Shown here: positions 9,601-22,600 of the stretch, in pieces
Numbering within the stretch: position 1 is the stretch's first letter
Layout of the letters: each line of letters starts with the position of its first letter
From: a virus
Lineage: Duplodnaviria; Caudoviricetes
DNA: 51,203 bases
Strand: one strand, 5' to 3'
IMG/VR virus record: IMGVR_UViG_3300021079_000011
Location: 1 to 51,203 of that record
The notes under the pieces: model-generated
Seen by the model: the letters and a program-made list of their open reading frames with translations, nothing else
The model's database searches: none
Told to the model about the DNA's origin: nothing
Made by a program: the position numbers and the translations under genes

Positions 9601-10674
9601 ATGCAATCTGCACAACCACAAACCCAAGAAGAAGAGGAACAACAGCAGGAAATGGAGTATCTGCTTGGGTTGAACGACCCTAGAATTCCTGACCAGCAAG
9701 GATTTGTTCCGCAGCCAGCCCCGGCGTGGACATCAACAGTCCCGGGAATGGCTGATGAACAGTCTCTATTTGATGCCAGAGCGAAGTCTCTTCCTCAGGG
9801 ATATGCTGTCAACCCGCCACAAGCACCGGTTGTCAACCCGCCACAAGCACCGTTTGTAAATTATCAATCCACATGGACTCCCACACCTGAAGGTGGGCTT
9901 GAAGGGCGCGGAAACTATTCTGAATATCTGAAACAGTTTGAAAATGCTGGCCAAGATGTTTCTCCTGCCAGATGGCTAAGTGCCATAAGAGACGTTGGTT
10001 TACAAATGCACAATGACGAGAAGCAGAAACAGGCAGAGATTGACCGTGAACAGGTTTTTGAAAACCCGAAGCTGGCCGCATCCGTGCTTGAAGCTGAAGC
10101 CAGAGCCAATGGTGTTCAACAGGCAGCTATTCAGCGCGGTAACGCATCTGTTCAGGCGGCACAAGTGAGGGCTGCTTCTGCTTATAGACCCACAAAATCT
10201 GAGGTTAGGGTGATGCCAGACGGTTCAATGGGTGTGTTTGAGCATCTGCCAGACGGCTCAACAAAACTGAACATTGTTGCAAGCTCGCAAGGCAAGGATT
10301 TCAAAAAATTAAATGAAGACCTTAGAAAATCCGAGACGGCCTTAATCAAGGCGAAAGCCATGTTAACGCCGACCACGATTGGCGCAGCAAAGGAAGCGGC
10401 TCTTAGTCTAATATCGGGCGCACAGGGCGTTGTTAACTACTATAAAGATGCGATTGCAAAAGCAGTCCCAACGCTACCAATGGGCGGCTCTTCAACGAAT
10501 ATCTTCAGCCCGACAACAAACAGTGTTTCGGCTGTTGTAAAACCAACTTCTTCATGGACTCCCGAGCGTGTATCTGCTACAAGTAAGAAGTTGGCAGAAA
10601 TCCAGCAGTCCAATCCCGACAAATATCAAGCAGCATTGGATTACGCGATAAAAATGGGTTTCCCGACAAAATAA
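9601..10674 (+). CDS. putative ejection/internal virion protein
   Basis: 357 aa, Q/A-rich helical; 22-bp duplication at 9807-9828/9831-9852; abuts the giant gene. Confidence 0.5.
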   Translation: MQSAQPQTQEEEEQQQEMEYLLGLNDPRIPDQQGFVPQPAPAWTSTVPGMADEQSLFDARAKSLPQGYAVNPPQAPVVNPPQAPFVNYQSTWTPTPEGGLEGRGNYSEYLKQFENAGQDVSPARWLSAIRDVGLQMHNDEKQKQAEIDREQVFENPKLAASVLEAEARANGVQQAAIQRGNASVQAAQVRAASAYRPTKSEVRVMPDGSMGVFEHLPDGSTKLNIVASSQGKDFKKLNEDLRKSETALIKAKAMLTPTTIGAAKEAALSLISGAQGVVNYYKDAIAKAVPTLPMGGSSTNIFSPTTNSVSAVVKPTSSWTPERVSATSKKLAEIQQSNPDKYQAALDYAIKMGFPTK

Positions 10675-13600
10675 ATGCCATCACAGCTATTCAAGCCTGA
10701 CGATTCTCTTGATTTCGATTCTGTCTTAGAAAGCTCAAAGGCAAAGTTTGATGATGGTGGAGCATTAAGCTTTGATGCCGTCCCCGATGTTCCCGATGTT
10801 AAGCCAAGATTTTCTGATGATGGCGCATTGGACTTCGGCACACTGGAAACAAAGCCTGAGCCCGAGCCTAAGCCGATAGCTGCAACTCCGCAGCGCACAA
10901 ACTATCTCAGCTTATCGCCTGAATCGTTCCCGATAAATACGGATTCAACGATTGATAAGACTGATTCAACTCAGACTGTAAAACCCCCAGCAGCAAAAGA
11001 GGTTAATCCGTTGCCATTGTCGAGCATTCCTTGGATTGATTCAAATGGCTATCCTGACGAGAAGCTAATCGCTAAAAAAGCACAAGCCGAGACTGCTGCC
11101 CAGCAAAAGAAGCAGGACGATTTTGATTCTTTAGCTCACTCGTCTTATTGGAAGGGTGATGCAGCCAAGCAACTTCTTGAAAAAGCAGATTCCGCCAAGG
11201 AAACATTGGACAAATCTCCGACTCAAGAAAATTCAGACGCTTACAACGCGCTCATTGACCCGCTAAATGCGGCGATACAAGAACACAAGTCGAGCCAGCA
11301 AGAACTTCAGGCTGCTTATTTCAAAACAACGGGAGAAACGCCAGTCCCGCCAAGACCCGCTGAAAACAATTCTTATCGTGTTGATGGTGGCAAAATCCAT
11401 TTTACACCCGGCCAGTTTGCTGCAGGTCTGAATCAGGCTGTGAGCGATGGCGCGATTGACCCGAAGTTTGCAATGGACAATCGGGAGAAATTTCAAAAAG
11501 CGGACAAGATTCAGTCGAAGATTGATGGAAATGGCGACCCAAATTCTCAATACGAATATGACGGCAAGAACATCAGGTTTTATCCCGGTGAAGAAGCTGA
11601 CGGATTGCGCGAAGCATTGAAGGATGGTGTTGTCACGCCTGAATATGCCGCCAAAAACGAAAAGAAATTCGGAGAGGCACAAGCCAAATACAAAGAGTTG
11701 GTAGCTGCCGCAGGAAGCGAACAGGCGGCAAAAGCTTTACTTCATGGCGGGGCTAAAGGAACGGCTTTCATGGCCGCCGCTACTCCGGCATTTAAGGTTG
11801 GCGTGATTGGGACGGAAATGATTCCCGGTGTCGGGGAAATTCCCGGAGCAGCACTTGTTGGCGGAACAATCACTTCACTTCTCGCTGGCAGCGCGGCGGC
11901 TTATGCGACGAGCAAGCTGATGGACAAAGCCGCAGAGTATTCAGATTTTGTAAAAAAGTTCACAGCATCGGCTGAACTTCATCCTGTCGTGGATGCTGTG
12001 GGCGAACTGGCCGCTTTCGGGACAGGCGCACCAAAGGCATTGAGCAATCTCAAAAAGGTTTACGACATTGCTGGTGGCGGACGGGCTGGCGCAAAGGTTG
12101 TTGCACAAGAACTTGGCAAGGGTGCTATTGGGGGCGCAGCATTTGAAACCATTGTAAGGCCAGCTTTTGATGCTGGCAGATATGCGGTTGCCGACATGCT
12201 GGACATACCGCATGACAAGTTTCAATCTCCAACGCTTCAATCTGTTGCAACGATGGTCGGGCTCGGGATGTTGCTTCATGGCAAAAGCATTGAGTTCAAA
12301 AATTATTCCGACAGCCAGATTGCAGAAATTCTGCTAAAAGCAAAACTTCGGCGCGATGCTGGAATACCGCTGGACGAAAAAAACCTGACAGCAGAACAAA
12401 AGGCACAGTTCGCAATGGCGACAGGTCTGGGTGAAGGCGCGACAATTCCAGAAATTGAAGCGCACTTGGCAAAATACAGACTACTTGTGCCGCTGACAGA
12501 AAATGAAATTTCCGTCCACGACAAGTTGCAATCAATGGCCAATTCGATGTCGCAATCTGGCAATTTTGAGAACGACACGATAAAGAGCATCACGGCGAAA
12601 CAGGCATTGTTGCCAAGGATGATTGGCCAAAAGCCAAAACCTGTCACATCGGCAGACATTGAGCTTGAACCACCGTCCGAGCCGCGCCCGATGCTTGGCA
12701 GTCCAGAGCCCCCGCCTGAGCAGCCGCAAGCCCCGGCAGTATTCCATTCGATTCAGCCCCCGATGATACCCGGCCAGCAGCCGATTGAGCTTTGGAATTT
12801 GACCGAGGACATTCCCGGCCATCCGAAAGGCTCAACCGTGTCTCGTTCAACACTGGAAAAGGCCGGGTATATTGTGCCGTCTGCACCCGCCGCGACACCA
12901 AGCGACGACGAGCAGCCCGACGCGACAGGGGCGAAGGGGAGGCAGGTGGGTAAAGGATTTCAGCCGATAGTAGTTGGCAAAAAGGTGTTGTCGATAACAA
13001 CTCGCCCAGACACGGCGACATGGCAGGTAACATCATTCGCAGATGAATACCGAGAGCAACCATCAGGGCATGAGGGATTCAAAACGCTGGGCGAGGCGTT
13101 GGAATTTGTTGACTACAAGGGTAAGGAAAACAGAAGCGTCACCGACCTTGGATGGCAAAGCCCAGATGCGATTTTTGCGGCGTTGGAGCAGAATCCGGGC
13201 GCGAACGACCCGAATCCCAAGAACTTCATTTATGCGTCACCACGCCGTCCGCTTTCAGGACTGCGTGTTCCTGATGCGGTTCAGTCTCTTTCGTTCAAGA
13301 ATAAGGAAGGAGGGTTGGCTGGAATTGTTGAGGTGTCGCGCCCTCTGACGTTGGATGAAATGGCGGCATTTGAATTAGTTCCGGTCAACACATCGGCATC
13401 AAACACCTACTGGAAATCTGTGGCAGATGCGGTGCATCCGGGGCATGAAAAGATTCAAGCTGGCAAAGACGTTGCCGCCGAGACAGGGGCGAAGACAGGA
13501 AAACCATTCACGGCTAAAGCTTATCGTGGAATCAGCCCAAAGACACCAAACGACAAAGGCATTTATTCGGAAGGAGAACACTGGACGACCAGCAAAGATT

Positions 13601-16600
13601 ACGCGGACACATACGGGGACAAGCGCGGCGGAAAGACTCATGAATCGGAAATAACACTACAAAATCCGTTCGTGGCAACACCATCGGAAATGACTCGGTT
13701 GCATCACGGCCTTTCATCGCGTCAAGTGCGCGAGAAACTTCAAGCTGCTGGACATGATGGAGTCATCATATTGCATCCTGACGACGTTGCAGAATCGAAG
13801 GCTGCTGGTGTTCCTGACAGGCTTTTGCCGCCAGCACTAGGTCAAGAAATAATAAAATTCAACAAGCCCACCCTGCCCCCCGCCGCCGCGACAGGGGCGA
13901 AGGGGAAGCAGCCTAGTGCCACTGAATACGAGCGAATTGAGCGCGAGATTTCGATTGCTTTGAAGAATCCATTGTTCCGAGAGCAATCCAAAGCTGGCAC
14001 GGATTTCCGGGACGCTTTTCGAGACTTGGAAACAGAAGCGGAGTTTCACAAGCCTGCCGCGATTGAAAAAGCTCAGGCCGAAATTGACGCTGAGAAGGCC
14101 AAGAAAGCCGCCAAGTCCGGCAGTCCAGACATTGCTTTTATTGAGCGAAGTATTGCAAATCTGGAATACAGAATAAGACAAGACAAAATGCGAGGAATGA
14201 AGCGACCAGAGGATGTCCAAAGGCTTGCCGAACTTCGCACACAACTTAAATCAGCCAGCGCACCAGCCCCCGCGCAGACAGGGGCGAAGGGGGATGAACA
14301 ACACTTTGACAATCTTTTACGGGACACGTTTGGCGTAATCAACAGATTGCCAGCGGACAACATTGTTCGTAAGAGTGCAGAAATCGGGACTCGGGTTGCA
14401 ATGGGCGCAAAGACTGATGAAGAAAAGATTCTGGCAACAAAAGAACTGGCAAAATACGCCCAAGATGCAGCCAGCGAGTTGAGAAAAATCAGCCCGAAAG
14501 ATTCTGAATATGCCGACAGGCTGGAAAAGTCTCTGGACGACTACATAAAATCACAGCCCAAGACTGCCGAGCCAAAGCCAGCAGAATCACAATTCAAGGC
14601 TGGCGACATTGTTTTACATGACGGGGTTCAAAAGAAAGTTGTTCGTGTTTCGCCCGATGGCAAATTTGTCGTGCTTGGAAAACGAGCAGTCCCGGTTGCG
14701 GAAGTTAAACCATTAGAGCAACCCCCCGCCGCCACCGAAACCATTGAATCGCTCAAAGAGGAAATTGCGAAGATGGAGAATCGGCTTGAAACCATTTACA
14801 TACCCAAAGGCAACAAGGGCGACATCACAAACTACCGCTCGCAAATCGAAGGTAAGCGCAGGAAGCTCGCTGAACTTGAAAAGGTTGCCGAGCCAAAGCC
14901 ATTTAGCCCCGACGAAGACTTGCTAATGCACTCGCCCCATACGGGTGAAGATTCAATCGTGAATTTCCGGGGCTACATGCCAGATGGAAAGGCGATGGTC
15001 TGGACTGGCAAGATGCAAATGGCCATACCCGCAGAATGGCTACGCAGAAAAGGCGAGGCCAAGCCTGTCACGGAAAAGCCCGTTGAGCAGACAGAGAAGC
15101 CGCTTCCGTCTATTGCAATCCAAAAGTCCATAACCCAGATTTTGAAATCTGTTGCAATCATTGAGGGCAAGATTAACAAAAAGGCTTACGAAAGCGCATA
15201 CGCATCAATCCGGCTTCATGCAAACAAGCTGGGGATTGAGATTGAGCCGCTTGGGACATATTTCAACGCAGACCAATACAAGCGCGTTGCCAGCCATGTT
15301 CAAATTGAGATTGGCAAGAAATTTGGCAGCTTCCCAACAGCCGAGCATAGGGCTAAACGTGATGCTGTTCTTGCGGCTGATGCTGCAAGGAAAGCGGCCA
15401 AGAAACCCAACCGTTCGCCATTCAAAGTCAAGCCGCGCTCTGATGGTGTTCCCGACATCCTCGACGCAATTCAAGAGCTTGGCGGCATCAAGCCCAAGTC
15501 TGGCTCAACTGGTGGCGAGTATGACGGTTCTGGCGTGATGAAGGGGACGGCAAGAATGTTGTGGAACAGGCTTGGTCGTGCGCCAGATGTTCTGCTTTCA
15601 AACCTGAAATCAACAGGTGAATGGTCACGGCTCGAAACTGTGGATGATTTATGGTCTGAGATTGACCAAGCCAACAAAGCCCGGGACGCGCTCAAGTTTG
15701 GCGGTGGTGGAGATGAGGCACAGGCCAGAAGATTCTGGGAAGCCATTGACAAGCCCGAGAACGAAAAAGGTTTTGAGAAAATTCACGGTAGCCAACTTAA
15801 CGTCGGAAGCAAATTCAGGCTTAAAGGTGACGGCATAAGCCATGAAGAGCTTGAAGTCACACACATTGACCCGGACACAGGCGAAATAACCATCAAGGAC
15901 GGGACAACTTTTGGCACACAAGAAATTCCTGAATCAATCGAAATTTACATCAAGAAAGGCACACTCGAAACACCCGAAGACACCGGGTTTGATACGGGCG
16001 AGGAGCAGCCCGAGCCCAAAAAAGATGAAGAATTTGCTTCTCATTACGAGTTAAGACACTGGACTACGCCAGAAAGTGCCGCAAGTTTGTTAAGGGGTGA
16101 GCCTTTCAATTTCTCCCGCGAACCAATTCATAGTCAGGTAGATTTAAGCGGAAACTTTATCAAGGGGAAGCGCATGGGCGGGAACAGAATCCATCTTTCT
16201 CTGGACGATGGAACATGGGGTTTTCGACGAGACGCGAGCGGCAAGGTTATTGGAAATCTTGTGCCAGTAACTTATGCGGTTGATTATGCCGCTAAAGATT
16301 TACTCATTGACTCGCCAAAGTCGCTGCGTGAAGCGGAGCGACTGGCTGGCGAGAATGCCACCAAACCAGACGGAACTGGCAACGCAGCATTCTGGGATGC
16401 GCTACAAAAGAAGGGCATTAAACTTGTCCGAGTCGAGAATACTTCCGACTATCCCAATGTGAGATTCTTTGCCCAAGCAACTAGCGACACGGTGGTTGTG
16501 CTGGACAATTCCGCTGTGAAAGTAATTTCAAAAGCCAAAAAAACAGCCGCCCAGCCCAAGTCTGGCGAGAAAATCTTCACTGACACGGAAGCTGACGAGG

Positions 16601-19600
16601 CTGAGAAATGGCTTAGGGAAAATCTTGGGTTAAACGAGGATGAAGAAGGCGACGGATGGGATGCGTCTGAAGACCCCGGCCACCAAGAGGGCAGCAAAGG
16701 TTTAGACCCGAAAATTCTTGCCCGAGTCGTCACAATGGCTGGTCGAATCATTGAGTCTGGCAATGTGAAGTTTTCGGATTATGCGGCTCAGATGCTAAAG
16801 AAAGGGTTCAAGGGCGACTTGGCCAAATACATCCCTGCCGCATACCATGAAGTAAGAGATTTTTCCGAGGCCAGCGCATTGCGACATCAGATGTCAACCC
16901 GCGAAGAGGTTGACAGGTTTGATTACAATGCTGAAACAGGCCAGTTCGATGAAAGCCAGCCCGACCTTGGCGGAATAATAGGCTCAGACGAGCCGGGAGC
17001 AAAGCGACCACCGCTAAGAGAGGTTGACCCGAGCTTGATTCCTACTCCAAACATTTATGTCAAGAAAGGCCAATACACAGGCAAAGGAGGCCATTCGATT
17101 GACGAGCAACAACGGTTCGCAATCAACGTCATGCTCACCGCAAAGGCAAATGGCGAAAAGGCTGGCGTTTTGGCCGATGGAACTGGTGTTGGCAAGACTG
17201 GCATTGAACTGGTTCTGGCTGTTCAACTGGCTGAAATGACGGGCAAGCCTGTTGCGATTGTCACAGAAAACAAGGCTGTGATTGAAAATGCGTTTGTGAT
17301 GAACGCAAAGAAGTTCGGCATCGAAATTGATTTCGATAAGGTCAGATTTTTTACCTATACAGACTTGTCGAGCAACAACCTGCCAGACATTGAATGGGGC
17401 GCAGTCATATTTGATGAATCTCAAAACATCAAAAACATCATGTCTTCGCGTGGTGTCACCGCAGAAAACATCAAGTCCGAGTTCAATGTTTACGGGACGG
17501 CGACACCGATGGACAATGTTTTTCATGCGCCATATTTCTTGGGCAAAATTCTCGGGGTAGATGTTTTCACGATGGCGAGAAGGCTTGGCTACGAGCTTGT
17601 TCCCATAGATTTGCCCAACGGAAAATCATCATTCATCGCAAAATGGTTGAAGAGCAAAGACGGGGCGATTCCAATTTCTGAGTCCATCAAAAGGCTGAAA
17701 GATTACAGGTCGCAAGCCGTGAAGCGCGGGACTTATATCCGGCGCGAATATCCGTTCTTTGGCTCGGTCAATTTCAAAAATGCTCCGAGCTACAACGAGA
17801 AACAGCTTCACGAACAGGACGAGATAAACAATTACTGGGACGCTCTGGCGGCAGCAGAGCCCAAGAAGCGCATGGTCTATAATGCCCAGCGCATGAACGA
17901 GCTTGCCAGATGGACTGAGGCTCAAAAGGTTCAGGGCGCAATCGGTGAGATTGTTGCAGATTACGAAGCTGGAAAGCATGTGGTTGTTTTTGCTGAATAT
18001 GTAAATGACGGCGTTATCAAGGGGCTTGAAAAACTTGGTGTTCCATACGAAGTCCCCGGAACGCTTAAATATATCGCAGCAGAATTGAAAAAGCGCGGCA
18101 TCCCGTTTGCAACGGTGTTTGGTCGCGGGAAAGATAAGGGCAAAGAAGCGGCTGAATTTCAGCGGAACAAAAAAATCAGGGTCTTGCTCGCAACACCCAA
18201 GTCTGGCGGGGCTGGGCTAGACATGGACGATACGCATGGTGATTTCCCGAGAATCGTTCACATGTTGACCATGAATTATTCTGCGTCAATCTTCGACCAG
18301 ATTCTAGGTCGCGTTTCCCGCCGCAACACAGCAAGCCCGGCCAAGATTCTAATTTGGCGAGCCGAAAATTCACAGTCAGACCGTCGCAAGGTTGTCATTC
18401 TTGACCGTAAGCTTAACATCCTGAGAAAGATTCAGACCGGGGAAGACTTGGACACAACGGCTTTTGAAGAAAATTCTCAAGGCGACACATCAGCCGATGA
18501 TGAAAGCGGCACGGCTGAATCTTCGACAAAGAAGGGCGAGGATGGGGTTAAAATACTTGATGATGTCATTGACGACGAGTTTTCTTCCCCGGACATAACG
18601 GACACGGTTGACGACGAGTGGAATGACGAGCAACCACAGTCTGAGTTCGACATCTTTTCAGCCAACGACAGGGAGCTAAACGATTTCTTGGACAAACGGT
18701 TTGGGACAGAAGACAGGCGGCAACGGGGCGTTTCCGGGGATGCTGCTCGCCGGGGCTCTGGCGTTTATCAATTCCCGACCTACGAAGCTTTTGCGAAATG
18801 GATGGACGAAAGGTATGTCGAGCGGGACTTGGAAGGCATGAAGCTGGCTTTTGCCGAGGCCGAGCGCGATTACAAGGTTAAATACATCAAGGCCAACAGA
18901 GCCCCTGAGCATAAGAAGGATTGGGTAAACCATCTTGCAACAGGCTCGGTGCTTCCGGCTGGCGACCCGCCAATAACCCGCACGACACCGAGGCCGCTGC
19001 CCGGTGGCGGCACAGCCCCAGTCCCGGGAACGCCGCCAACCAGCACATCAACACCGCCAACGCCGCCCGGCGCACCGCCCAGACCGTCCAGACCGCCAAC
19101 GCACCATCGCAAGTTTAACATCACGGCTTTGGTTCAATTATTCAAGCAGTTCGCCAACAGGCATCCAACAATCAACGCCAAATTAGCCAAGACAACGCTT
19201 GGACGGCATCTGTCACCGCTCGGGCTGATTGAGCTTCAAAAGAATCTGCTCTGGGACATGGACTTGGCCGAGCGCGTTCTTGGCCATGAGATAGGACATT
19301 TCATTGACCTGATTGTTGAGGCATCCGGCAAGGGCAAAGAGATTGGGAACAGGCTCAGGCCGATGTTCGACTTTACTGGTCAGGCGATGCACAAGGCGGA
19401 ACTGAAAAAAGACATCATCAATTTGAGCAAGGCTTGGCGCGGAAACTTTTCTGCATCTGACAAATACAGGAATTCACCCAAGGAATTGATGGCAGATTTT
19501 CTGTCGGCAATGTTTAACGACCCGGAAATGGTGAATCAAACATTTCCAAACCTGTATGATGCTTGGCAGGAATTCAAGGACTCAAAGCCGTCATTCAAAT

Positions 19601-22600
19601 CCGCTTACCGCGAGATTGAGACTTGGCTTCAGGGTGATACGATGGGTTCGGAATTGATTGATAAATTCGGCGAAGATACTGACCTGACTTACGACATCTT
19701 GGGCAAGGAAGATTCGGACAACAAATCAACTTGGTGGGAAACATTCAATCATAGCTTCATCAGCCTATGGAAACGGGCTGGCGAAAAGGAGGCTAAAAAA
19801 GTTCCATTAAACAAATTGTCACCAGCTAGGCTCTGGAACAAGTCTGGATATAAGATGGTTAAGAATCGGCGCGTAGGATATAAGATTGAAGAGAAGCTTG
19901 ATGTTTCCCACATCTGGGCGGCAAACATGACTGCCATCTGGCAGGACGACTTCAGAAGGGATGTTCAGCCTTGGCTGGACAAGGTTGATTCCGACCCTCG
20001 CACGGTGCAGAAGTATTTTCAGAGCTACGCAGTTTCAAAGAGAACACTAGAAGAAACCAAAGCGGCTGGCGTGTGGATGAAGGACAACCCGGTTGAGACT
20101 AGGGAAATGCTTGAAAAGATTCTGGCAACAGTTTCCAGTCTTGAAGCGGAATATCTATCTGAGCTTAGGAACGCCTCAGATGATGAACTATACAATCTGA
20201 GCGCGAAGATTGCTCGCAAGATTCTTTTGATGTCAGATTCCAAGATTAACGAAATTGCCAGCGAGATAAACAGTCTCGGTTTTGAAATCAAAGGAAAACT
20301 TTTCTTGGGCGCGTTTGCTGTTCGTAGCTTTTTACTAAACACAGGAGGAATAACCCCAGAATCTGCACAGCTTGTCTTGAACGAGCTTCAGAGAAGACTG
20401 AGCCCGGAACAGTATTCGGCACTTGAAAAGGCTGCGGCTGAACTTCGCAAGCTTGTGTTTAAGGTTTCAAAGGAAATGTATGACCAAGGGCTGATAAACA
20501 AAGACATCTGGTATGAAACAATCTTGCCCAACCAAAACACTTACCTGCCTTATGCGGTTCTGGATTATTTCGACGGAACAGTAAGGGGCGGGATAATGCA
20601 ACAGGGTGGCAGCGCAAAAAGAATCGCGTCCGTAATAGCTGCTGCTCAATTAAAGGTTCAGTCCATGTATATTCTGTTGCAGAAGCAGCGGCAGGTTAAG
20701 CTTATCATGGATTCCTACAAAGCTGGTGACTCTGGTAAAGTCGCTACTGTTACCCGAAGGTTGCAAAGAGCCTCTGACCTGCACTCGATTAGGGGTCAAC
20801 ATCTGAGGGACACAACAAGCAGGGCGATACTTAGGGTCAACGGCTCGCCTTACCTTGTCGAGTTCCCGGAAGACCCCGGCAAGCAGTTTGAAAAATCAAT
20901 GGAAATAGCTGAGTTTTACGCATCGCTTGACTGGATTCACAACGTTTCAAAGTATTCTCATGCTGCCCAACAAATTTTCACCCAGCTTGCACCTACATTC
21001 CTGTTCTATCGCAACCCGATTCGTGGGCTTAGGACTGGTGCGCTAAAGGTTGGTGGGAGACACATATTGAAAGCGGCTTTCAACTGGGACTCAATCACGC
21101 AAGCCAGAAACTATGCTAACGCTTCGTTTAGTGGTCTAATGTCCCCAGTTATCCGTCAACTGGTTGAAGGTCAAGCCCTGATGTCGCCAAGGGCTGCTTC
21201 TGGTCAAGTAAGAGACGTTTCACAAATTGCGGGGCAAGGCTTGGCTGGTAAATTTCTGGCGAGCGAAATGAGACGTTTGGCGAGGAATGCAAATAAAAAA
21301 CCGTCAATACTTGGAGACAAATACAGGCAGGGAATTAACTTCTCTGCTAAAGTTTTCACAGGATTGGAAGCGTGGGAAAAGATTTACAACTACAAAGCCG
21401 CACTCGCTAAAGGGTTGACTCAGGAACAGGCTCTTATGATAACTCAAATGAGCGGAATACCGAGGCCGGGTGTTGGTGGCAAATTCTCGCCTTTTGTGGA
21501 AATCGGCATGCCTTGGACTCGCGTTAAGATTCAAGGCATGAGGGCAACCTACGACATGGCGCGTGACCCCGAGCTTGGCAAAGGTTTCTGGGCAAGATTT
21601 TTCATGTATGAAGCAGTCCCGAAGATTCTTCAAATGCTAGTGGCCAAGGCAATTGTATCGGGGTTAATCGCATGGATTTACAATAAGGGAGACGACCCTA
21701 AAGACCCGGTTATCACAGAGGTTTATCGCCGCATATCCCCATATAAAATGGCTTTAGACAATATTATACCACTGATGCTGTATAACCCGAGAAGCGGAAA
21801 GTATCATAAGTTTTGGGAGTTCAAGAGCGGCAATGAAATTCCGGCTCATTACGAGGTTGTTAGCCTGAGAATCCCGACCAGCGAAGAAGGATTGACATAC
21901 GGCACATTCCTTCATGCTTTAATGGTTTCTGCTTCAGGCGAGTCCAAAAACCTTGGCCGACCCGGAGCAACCCCAACCAAGAATATGTTTGATTGGGCTA
22001 TGAATTCTCTTTTACCCCAACCAAACCCGATTGCCACGACAGCATGGAAAACTATTCAGATGTTGGCAGGGACAAATCCAACTGACGATTTCAGAAACCA
22101 GCCGTCAGCAAACAAGCAACTGTTCGACGCTGGTGGCAAAGACAGGTTTCAGGCCATTCTTGGGTTTGAAGCGAGCCAGACCGCTGCTTTTGGTGAAATA
22201 GCTGGCATCATCGCGGCGAATTACGGCTTGATAGACCCCAAAGCTTTGAGCGCATTAAGCAAGCGTTCGGATTCAGATAATAAATCGTTCGTTGATAAAT
22301 ACCCATTTGTTAAAGCCGCATTTTCCTTCGACAACTACAATGGTTATAGGCAGGAGGAAAATGAGAAATTGGATAATGAAAAATATCACGATAGAGCTAA
22401 AAACCTGATGCCGACTGAAGGGCGGGAAATGTATAATTTCTATTATCGAAACCAAGACAAAAAGAATCTAGCTCCGCAAGACCAAGAAATGTTTGATATA
22501 GCGAAGCAATGGAACAGGGACATTTGGGGCTTAAAATCAACTGAAGACAAACTAAAACCCAACAGCAAGAAGCCCCCTAAATCTACCTACTACCCGCAAA

